Source of the DNA: Ginkgo biloba
Lineage: Eukaryota > Plantae > Ginkgophyta
Assembly (NCBI GenBank): GCA_024626585.2
Contig: JANKJI020000002.1
Location: forward strand, 27,876,739-27,895,699
Direction of reading: 5' to 3'
DNA: 18,961 nt
Part shown: positions 10,708 through 18,961 of the stretch, in pieces
Numbering within the stretch: the stretch's first letter is position 1
Layout of the letters: every line of letters begins with the position of its first letter
Notes under the pieces: model-generated
Seen by the model: the letters and a program-made list of their open reading frames with translations, nothing else
The model's database searches: none
Told to the model about the DNA's origin: nothing
Program-made: the position numbers and the translations under genes

Positions 10708-13700
10708 CTAGTAGAACATCTGCAGAGCTGTTTATCACAATATCATCAAAAGTCTTCCCAACAACAGTTTGAACATCTCCCTTGTTCTGCAAAATCTCCA
10801 AATAATACCCATGCATTGTCATAGGTAGTAAAAAACATCACCACTGCAGTACAAAATTCTGCAGCACAAATGACTACAATAGCTATCAAAGGTTCCACAA
10901 AACAACTAAAGAAGATGTTCTCACTTCAACTGGAATGGGCTCTGACTTGTAGTAGGGCAAAAGATTCCCAGTCAGGAGTTGTGAGCAAAAATCCTGCATC
11001 ATTTTAGAAACACAACAATTAGTATTATCCGGAAATCTAAGCACACAAACACGGTTTTGGAATCTGACATGCATTTGCTTAAGATCATGCAAAGATACTC
11101 AAAGATGTGCATCGTAACTAAACTCAGTTGTAACTCTCTGTCAAAATCTGGAAAATCCCATGCAAGTCCAATTCTGGAAATAAAGTTGAAGAAAAGAAAT
11201 AAAGCATTCCAGAAATAGTCTTAAGAGCTTTTGTTAAGTCTCTATCTTCCTCTGTTACAGCCAAGCGGGGGGGGAGTGATTAGAGATGAAATAAAAGGGA
11301 AAGGTTGGGTCCTTTATAAGGGTTCAACTCATTATGCAAATTGTTCTCTGAGAGTTTCTAATGAAATCATCCCATCCGATGTTAATTCTTGATTGACTGC
11401 TCAACTGGAGAGTTTTCCTCTGAATTGCTAGAGCTTTTCTTTCCTTATCTCTCATTCTACTCTTGATACTGTAGCCTCAAAATAGTTCTCCAAGTATTAG
11501 TTTAATGTGAAGGGAACTAGGTGCCCCATGCTATGGTATTTTGGTCCTTCATATTGGCTTATGATTCATATTATTAGAGTCATTTTTTGAATTGATATAT
11601 GAATAGGGATTATACTATGTTTCAGAGATCTTAAAGACTTAAAAGACTTTGATGTGCTAATATTTTACTTGTGCAATTATTGAAGTGGTATTATTTGCAA
11701 GCTATGTTGTTTGACGTGCTTTGGAAATCTGCGATTTCGAATAACCAGTTCACTGTTATTGCATAATGCTTGTTTTACTTCTGAATTTTCCTAGTCATAA
11801 TATTTTTCCTTTTTAGTCTATCTTTTATGACTAATTCTTTTTTTTATGATTATTCTATCGCAAGACTCAACTATACCACAAACTTTNNNNNNNNNNNNNN
11901 NNNNNNNNNNNNNNNNNNNNNNNNNNNNNNNNNNNNNNNNNNNNNNNNNNNNNNNNNNNNNNNNNNNNNNNNNNNNNNNNNNNNNNTGCACAGATAATAT
12001 TTGTGACGCATGGGTGATAATTGTGATCTGATGGGAGATAATTGTGATTGAGTAACTTCCTTGGCATGCTTTTCAAGGTGATTAGCTCTTTGTCACATGC
12101 TACTAAGAATCTATGCTCACTTGAAGCTAACTTTAGCTCCCTTTAAGGCCAATCCTAGCCCCCTTCCCTGCTTCTCAGATTCTTAATGCCTTTTGCAATG
12201 GCTTAAGGCTTTGCCTTGATTCTTAGTTGACTAGGGACCCATTAAAGTCTCTAATATCACCCTTAGTGTATTTTATGTTTTTTTACTACTTTAAAGAGCT
12301 TGTCTTGGGATTTTTACTTGAGTTTTAACGAAGAGTCTTATAGGTCTCTATAACATATTTCTACCTTTAGATGTCAACACCAAAGGTTTAGCGATTTTTT
12401 TAGGTAGGACCAAATTGTTCATAAAATTGCAAAAATTTTTAAACAATCTTGGCCAACACAACCATAGGATGTTTATCTTAATCCTAAGTTAAACATAACA
12501 TAATATGAAATTATGAATTTTTACAAAGTTATTATTCAGTTCTATGCTTGTTTTGGTGTTTAATATTCCTTTCTTTATCTTGATTTCTTGGAAAATCTGA
12601 ACTTGTATAAGAAAAATATATATGTACTTGACAAATCATTTTCAACTTTTTTGGGCCTTGTTTATGTTTTGTTTGATTTTTTTTCTTGCCGAACTCAAAT
12701 TTGAACTTGAATTAGGTGACTTAGATCTCACGCATAGCCCATTGGTTAGAGTTTTAGCTTCATGACTTGTTCGAATTTTTCCTAGTTGTGAAGGGAAAAT
12801 GTTGCCTGTATGGTTCATAGGTCACCACCTTAGGGTTTTCTTGGTCATCTTGAGTCTTGCTGAAGTGCTTTTTTGTTGGTTTGTGCATCCTTGCCAAGAG
12901 AAATACACCTTTATTTGTTGTACCCATTCACCTAACTTCTCAACATCTAGTCTTCCACTAAATGATTTTATCTCCACCCTTGTCTCCACCTTAAATGGGT
13001 TTCANNNNNNNNNNNNNNNNNNNNNNNNNNNNNNNNNNNNNNNNNNNNNNNNNNNNNNNNNNNNNNNNNNNNNNNNNNNNNNNNNNNNNNNNNNNNNNNN
13101 NNNNNNNNNNNNNNNNNNNNNNNNNNNNNNNNNNNNNNNNNNNNNNNNNNNNNNNNNNNNNNNNNNNNNNNNNNNNNNNNNNNNNNNNNNNNNNNNNNNN
13201 NNNNNNNNNNNNNNNNNNNNNNNNNNNNNNNNNNNNNNNNNNNNNNNNNNNNNNNNNNNNNNNNNNNNNNNNNNNNNNNNNNNNNNNNNNNNNNNNNNNN
13301 NNNNNNNNNNNNNNNNNNTCCCTACTTTGGAGTATATAGCCTTAGCTATAAACATCAAACTTTTTCTCAAACCTTCAAACCAAGCTCCACAGCCGAATTT
13401 TGATTCGATCCTCTAGTGATTTTATGCAAAAACTAAGAACAAATGTAAAACAATGAAAACATTTATCACACAAAATACCAAGATTAAAATGTGAGCTTGA
13501 TTTGAAGAAAACACAAACATTCCTCAATATGCATAAGCATAAAATACATGGAAACATACAAATTATTTCTTGAAGTTCCATGTTTTGTTCCAATACTTCT
13601 ACTCTTCCCATTGTAGCATGTGAGATTTGAAATTTAAATCTCCAACTCCAATGCTAGGTATGTTGATCAACTTACAACTTGTCAAAGTGAGAGGAAGTGG

Positions 13701-16700
13701 GACGAAGAGGAGAATGAAAAGACTTGAGAACAAGCAAGCAAGGGTGCTAGGAGGAGATCCTCCAATATTTCACTTTCCAAAGCTTCAAGGTGAAGAGAAA
13801 ACATTGAAAACAAGGTATGAAAGGAAGGCCTTTCCAAAGTCTTCTATGAGAGAGGCCTAAACTTGAATTAGTGGGAGCATATTAATATCATGTACATAAG
13901 GTAGGGTGGGGCATGCCACTTATAAATAAAATCTCCTGAACATCCATAAGGTAAATCTCACCTTAAGGTGAGTTCTAAGTTTGGAATAAATCTCGCCTTA
14001 CCATCCCTATGGCCGCATCATCTAATCCCCATCTCATAGAGCTCTCATATGTTCATCTTGTCATCCAACCTAGTAGCTTGCATGTGACCTTCACTTGGCA
14101 AAAATAAACATTGGGCACATACATACATACAATTGTCATTATGTGGATATTCGACCATCATTACAAGATATATCATTTACTACAATGATCATTGATCTTT
14201 ATATCATAAGCATGCAATGAAATGAAATTATATTAATTTTCATAAGTGACCAAAAAGCAGTCAATGGGACTATAGTAGTGTGCACAAATGCTACAATCAT
14301 GGGAGTGTTTCTTATCACTTCAATGCTAAACTAAGACCTAAAAGATAGCTCTAATCAAAAGATTTTACATAAAGTGCAACAAGTACAAGATAAAATAAAA
14401 TGAAAATGAAAATGGAAAGCATATCTCAAAGAAGCACGAGGGCCCTTCTAAGCTTCCACATGAGGAAAACAGGATCCCGGAGGGTATCAATCCAGACCAC
14501 AAGAATCCCATCAATCCTGTGGTAAGAAGTCTATGAGTCATCCAAAATCAGAGTTGCCCAAAGTCTCATTTGAAGAACATGTGCTATTCTGAATATTACA
14601 TTGGATATCACATTCATTCAGCTTTTGTGATTTTTCAAAGTTTAGGGAAAAAATTTCCTATGAGAAGAAGTATGCAAACTATGTGATTGATTTTATTGTT
14701 TAGTTTTCTTTTGTGTTTTTTATCACCATTTATGTTTGTTATTATTATCGTTACATTATTTTATTATTTATTTCTCATTGCACATTATTTTAATTCTCTA
14801 ATGNNNNNNNNNNNNNNNNNNNNNNNNNNNNNNNNNNNNNNNNNNNNNNNNNNNNNNNNNNNNNNNNNNNNNNNNNNNNNNNNNNNNNNNNNNNNNNNNN
14901 NNNTAAGACCCAGGAGGCGTCTTCCATATGAAGTAACCACATGTGAGTCCTGTGATCTCTTGTCCAAGTCAAACTCTAAGTGATCTAGCTCATGAGTGGG
15001 CAATTCATCCTCTGAGATATCAAGCATCAGGATCTACAATATTATTCTATGGGCAATGAACTTTCCCACTAGGATGACCTCCCCTTGGGTGGTGAATTGA
15101 GTGATCTCTGGAAAGAGATCCAGATAAGGACAATCTCGCCCTATGCCCATAGCAAACTAGGAGGAGAGTAGAGGGAATTAACAGACCATTATGTAGATGC
15201 TCCACCCCACTAGACATTGATTAAGTTGTATCCAATTGAATCTGGAGTGGATGTCAGTAGCTGCTAAGAATATGTGAGTCTGCAAGTCGTTCGTGAAAAG
15301 ACAAGTGACTCCCCCAAAACCCCTAATCCCTATCGAGGCTCGTGTCTCATGTTAGCATGTTGAAAACCATGAGTACCTGCCACATGGGGTAAGTGGTGTT
15401 CTGGAATTTCGTGTATCAAATCAAATCAAATACTTTACAAGTTACAACTTACAAGAGATCCAAGTATCAAGCCAAATATCTTACAACTTGATAAAATACC
15501 AAGTATCAAATCAACATGTATGGTCATGACACCCTAACTACCTAGTAAATGTAAAATGCAGGTCCTAACAACTATGACTATTTCCTCAAATAGTGTACCT
15601 CTTCTAATGATCATAGATAATGAATATTCCAAGGGTGCACACTTTTCAAGAAATCACTTTCACTTTGATAGATTTCACAATACTACATGATAGAAAATGT
15701 TGACAGCACATTTCCATATCTATTTTGAAAAGTCACATATAATCGTTATGCACACTATGCTGGCCTCCCAGTATGTTCATATGCATAGCATTGTGTTGAA
15801 ATACAAAGAACAACAAAATTTTGTAGATTAGATTTCAGATTTTATTTCAATATAAGGGTAGGAAATCAAAGTAATATTTCAACTTCTGATGTGACAGAAA
15901 GACTTACTATAGGCTTTATTGGTTCAAGCCCAAACAAAGTAAGCAGAGGTTTCGCAAGGTTGTCATCAGTTGAGTCAACAAGCAAAAACATTATCTACAT
16001 CCATGAAACAACAAAGCACTTAGGATCATCTGTAGATATAATGAAATTAATTAAGTTAAAAGCTCAATTAACACTTCCCTCCCCAACAACCAAACCAACG
16101 AAGGAAACAGAAACTGCAAATGATGGGGGGTGAAAAAGGGATTTGACAGTCTACCAACACATTGGTTGGACAAGGTAACCAGACCAAACCCAGAGTAGAG
16201 TGTCCTTAGTAGTATAAACAAAAAGGAAATGGCTCAGTTTTAGGAACAATGGGCTAAAATAATTAAGTTCACTGCTACTAAGAGCTAAAAAACTGTGAGG
16301 AAAGAGCAAATGAGACTGCAACTGCTGAGAATTAATGGAATGGGCATTTATGAAACTGAGGGTAAAATTACCGGTTGACCAATATGATTAGATTAACTAA
16401 TAAATGTATGAGAGGGAGAAAAGAAATCATTTTGAGCATAAAAACTTAGATTATTCTAGAATTAATCCACCAGAAAGACTCAAAATGCCAATTCACACAT
16501 AAAACTGTGTAAAAATAAACTTTAAAATAGTAGGGAAAATTGCCACTTTACCTTAAAATTGAAAACACAGAGCTTCCCTTTAACAGGGTAGTTACAAAAT
16601 TCCCTAAGGCACTGAGCCTTGTCTAGAACAATCACAAAACTTGCTTGCTCTTTTCTCCAAACATGGAAGAATATATGTGCTTGAAGAAAATAAAATCTGC

Positions 16701-17420
16701 TTGCCTGTTGAAGAAGAAAGAAATCTATGTTTTACCAGAAAAGAGAGAGAGAGCCCCAAGAACTCCTTTCTCTCCTTTTATCTCCCCCTTTCCATCGTCC
16801 CTTAGATCCATTGATCACTGGAGGTCATCGCCATGGCCATAATGGCCCCTTAATGTTCAAAATATCTACTTCTGGGCTGCCTCTATTCTCTTTTTACTTA
16901 TCAGGATTTTTACTTTTTTATGGTCGTGCGATGGAGTTGCCTTGTTGACTTGTATCATATTGAAAATAACCTTCGCTGACGTCATTGGTTTGGGCTCCAT
17001 CGACGTGGTAAGTTTGGCCTTCACGACTGATGATCGATGATCGACGACCGACGACCGACGACCGACGATTGACGATCGACGACCGACGACCGACAACCGA
17101 CGATCAATGATCGACAAACGACGAATGACGATCGATGATTAACCAACGATGATCGATGAACGACGATCAACGACAGATGACCGATGATCTATGACTGATG
17201 ACTGACGATCGACGATCGATGATCGATGATCAATGACCAATGATGGATGATCAACGATCGACGACTGACGATCGACGACCAATNNNNNNNNNNNNNNNNN
17301 NNNNNNNNNNNNNNNNNNNNNNNNNNNNNNNNNNNNNNNNNNNNNNNNNNNNNNNNNNNNNNNNNNNNNNNNNNNNNNNNNNNTGCTCTCAAACTCGTGG
17401 GCTCCTGCGAAGAGAAAAAG
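9992..17420 (-). CDS. PDIL1-5: Protein disulfide isomerase-like gene (PDIL1-5/PDIL1-6 type), partial multi-exon model covering the b' and a' thioredoxin domains; 5' exons outside window, last exon probably in N gap 9638-9964
   Basis: Six exons, all phase 0, with AG acceptors and GT donors (one donor hidden in Ns), translate in the order of the C-terminal half of plant PDIL1-5/1-6: [12 protein letters not shown].. / [29 protein letters not shown] / [23 protein letters not shown] / [27 protein letters not shown] / AYTPWCMNC...[14 protein letters not shown] / [18 protein letters not shown]. The WCxNC a' site rather than WCGHC points to this subfamily (recalled knowledge). Confidence 0.9.
10123..10257 (-). 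CDS. PDIL1-5: PDI-like exon with a' CxxC active site, 135 nt, [45 protein letters not shown]
   Basis: aag| acceptor, |gtctgt donor; WCMNC and [10 protein letters not shown] motifs. Confidence 0.93.
10659..10704. repeat. (GA)23 / (TC)23 perfect microsatellite at the 5' end of a PDI intron
   Basis: Direct read: 46 bp of uninterrupted GA. Confidence 0.97.
10706..10786 (-). CDS. PDIL1-5: PDI-like exon (start of a' domain), 81 nt, [27 protein letters not shown]
   Basis: ttttgcag| acceptor, |gtctct donor; VVGKTFD...VLLE is the canonical start of the PDI a' domain. Confidence 0.92.
10925..10993 (-). CDS. PDIL1-5: PDI-like exon (b'-x linker), 69 nt, [23 protein letters not shown]
   Basis: cag| acceptor, |gtgaga donor; YYKSEPIP is the characteristic PDI x-linker motif. 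Confidence 0.92.
12822..13001 (-). mobile_element. Ty3/Gypsy LTR retrotransposon gag fragment (pseudogenised) in PDI intron
   Basis: Minus frame [59 protein letters not shown]; fits the plant Gypsy gag pattern PFKVExKxEIxxxxGxxDxEKLxxWxxQxExYF...ARLKx...WW, with the second TGG changed to TGA. Confidence 0.8.
14904..15415 (-). mobile_element. Degenerate non-LTR retrotransposon (LINE) AP-endonuclease fragment in PDI intron
   Basis: One minus frame reads ...[10 protein letters not shown]...RFNWIQL...IYIMVC*FPLLSS*FA...[27 protein letters not shown]...[19 protein letters not shown]. This follows the order of LINE endonuclease motifs (GGV, Y-x-P, VILxGDFNA, RxSxD..YGRxLL), with four in-frame stops and an apparent frameshift near 15375. 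Truncated by an N gap. Confidence 0.8.
15908..15994 (-). CDS. PDIL1-5: PDI-like exon (b' domain), 87 nt, [29 protein letters not shown]
   Basis: tag| acceptor, |gtaagt donor, open phase-0 frame; matches the family pattern IMFxxVDxxxxNLAKPxLTLFGLE. Not in the ORF track. Confidence 0.9.
17022..17283. repeat. Degenerate 7-bp tandem minisatellite, consensus GAYGAYC, roughly 37 units, running into an N gap
   Basis: Units GACGACC, GACGATC, GATGATC and variants in register; explains the SSIVDRR-type low-complexity ORFs. Confidence 0.93.
17384..17420 (-). CDS. PDIL1-5: PDI-like exon (b' domain), 3' part lost in N gap 17284-17383
   Basis: Acceptor ttttccag at 17428-17421, then CTT TTT CTC TTC GCA GGA GCC CAC GAG TTT GAG AGC = [12 protein letters not shown], resembling the 'Q|VxLFSKADDF' segment that precedes the IMF exon in this family. 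Confidence 0.7.
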
Positions 17421-18961
17421 CTGGAAAACGTATATCTCAACAATCAGACACCAGATCAAAGTGCAAACAAAATTGTGTCTAAAATGCATACTCAATTCAT
17501 GTGATTTACATGTGAACCAACACATATCTAATTGCATGTATCTTTGTTTCATTTTCGAGAATTATCTTTGTCTTGGATCCGAGTACCAGAGGAGGGGACC
17601 TAGGAGCAACTAAAACGCTTGAACAATATAATGATTTGATACCTAAGAAGCCAGTATGCAGAATTTTGCAAGGATTTCNNNNNNNNNNNNNNNNNNNNNN
17701 NNNNNNNNNNNNNNAAATGGCTTCATACAGGCACCAAAAAAAAAAAAAAAAAGAAAGTTTTGATCTGAATAGCTGCAATCATCCTCTTGCTAAGTATGGG
17801 TTCATGTTGAGTCTCAGATGGTCCTTAATCTCAACAAGTGTGTTGAGAAACATCTAACCCGTATGTTTGCAAAATGGCAAATACAAATTGTTATAAGCAC
17901 AAATCTGAAAAACAAAGTTAACAAAGTACTGGCAAAAAGGAGAAATATCAGATGGATAAAGCAGTCTGAATTTTTCACTACAGAAAGATTGGTTTCTGAA
18001 GGGATCCATACACAAACTGATGGACCGTATTTGGTCTGCACATGTGCAGCTGATTCAGAAATCAATGAAAAACACACAACTTAGACATAGTATTAGCCTG
18101 TACATATCCAGCTAAAATCAATGCACCTGCAGCAACAGACTTAACATGGAAAAGTAAGACACGGTAACTAGAAAGAGAAGACAAACGAGAGACTTTACAG
18201 AGAGGTTAGGGATCTCAAAGGCCATAGAAGAGAGCAAAGAGCCATGGTCAAGCAGGACATGCATCACTACTCTCTTGCTTACAGATGAATATGGGAATAA
18301 TGTCATCCAGTTGGTATGTGATACTAGGTAGTATCCATTTGTAAATTATCATTAGTTAGTAAAGGAATTGTACTATGTAATAAATATAGAGTTAAGTCCA
18401 TCAACCCCCAAAGTTATGCCTCATTTAGTGGGCAACCTTTGGGATGGGAGCATCTTGTATATATTCCATAATGTAATGCAATTCAGGGCAGTTCATTGGC
18501 ACTTATGTCTATTTTTCCCAACTTCACTTATTCTCTATGAGAATGCATATGAAAGTGAGTAGCATTTATAAACATATGTGAATAATCATTTTTCTATAAT
18601 TCCAGTTACTGGAGGGTGAAAGCACCCATTTGTTCCAGTAAACACTTTATCCTCATCATATATCATCCATTCAGACAAAAGCCATGCCCTTTCTGTTAGT
18701 GCTTTGAACAATATAGTTCCAGTCATCTTAAATCCTCCTTGGTTGAAGAATACTAGATGACTTAAGGATTATGTTGCAAACCTTCGGTTGAGATAATTGT
18801 TTGTTTAGAATTATGTGAAATTACAAAGGTTTTGGGCTATCCCCAAATACTAGTTTTGAAGTCTCATTGCAAAGTAAATTTCAGAGTGAGTGGTGCTAAT
18901 TAACTCTAATGTATAAAAGCTATTAAAACATGTATTTTATTTTAGTTAAGTCATTAGTTAG

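Noticed and set aside
10521-10824. ERERER-containing plus-strand ORFs
   Set aside because: Produced by the (GA)23 microsatellite antisense to a PDI exon and intron.
15610-15690. tag|[15 protein letters not shown] as the missing PDI exon
   Set aside because: Only ESD matches, the AFDN/KYLL motifs are absent and the frame hits a stop.
17022-17283. CRISPR-like array
   Set aside because: Eukaryotic context with contiguous 7-mers and no unique spacers.
16866-17552. ORFs with SSIVDRR/DDRR repeats
   Set aside because: Translations of the 7-bp minisatellite and N gap; only the [12 protein letters not shown] stretch is a real exon.
18118-18306. ORF ending LLLQ|gt as the preceding PDI exon
   Set aside because: No resemblance to the expected FPLxTxLT...YSSPxKLQ segment; that exon is probably beyond the window.

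Overview
AT-rich, gap-riddled eukaryotic (land-plant) genomic DNA, not prokaryotic; the ORF track is mostly spurious or N-spanning. The right half carries the 3' part of a minus-strand, multi-exon protein disulfide isomerase-like gene of the PDIL1-5/PDIL1-6 type. Six phase-0 exons are readable (17420-17384 partial, 15994-15908, 10993-10925, 10786-10706, 10257-10123 with a WCMNC active site, 10045-9992). One expected internal exon and the terminal KDEL-type exon are not visible and probably lie in N gaps; the 5' exons lie beyond the window. The introns hold a degenerate LINE endonuclease fragment, a Ty3/Gypsy gag fragment, a (GA)23 microsatellite fused to a splice donor and a 7-bp CpG-rich minisatellite. 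The left ~7 kb is repeat debris: a ~630-bp direct duplication, a third more diverged copy of part of the same family, a 440-bp LTR with a tRNA-Met primer-binding site, and a tRNA-derived SINE-like element. I found no convincing novel biological system. All protein family assignments come from manual translation and recalled family motifs, not database searches.
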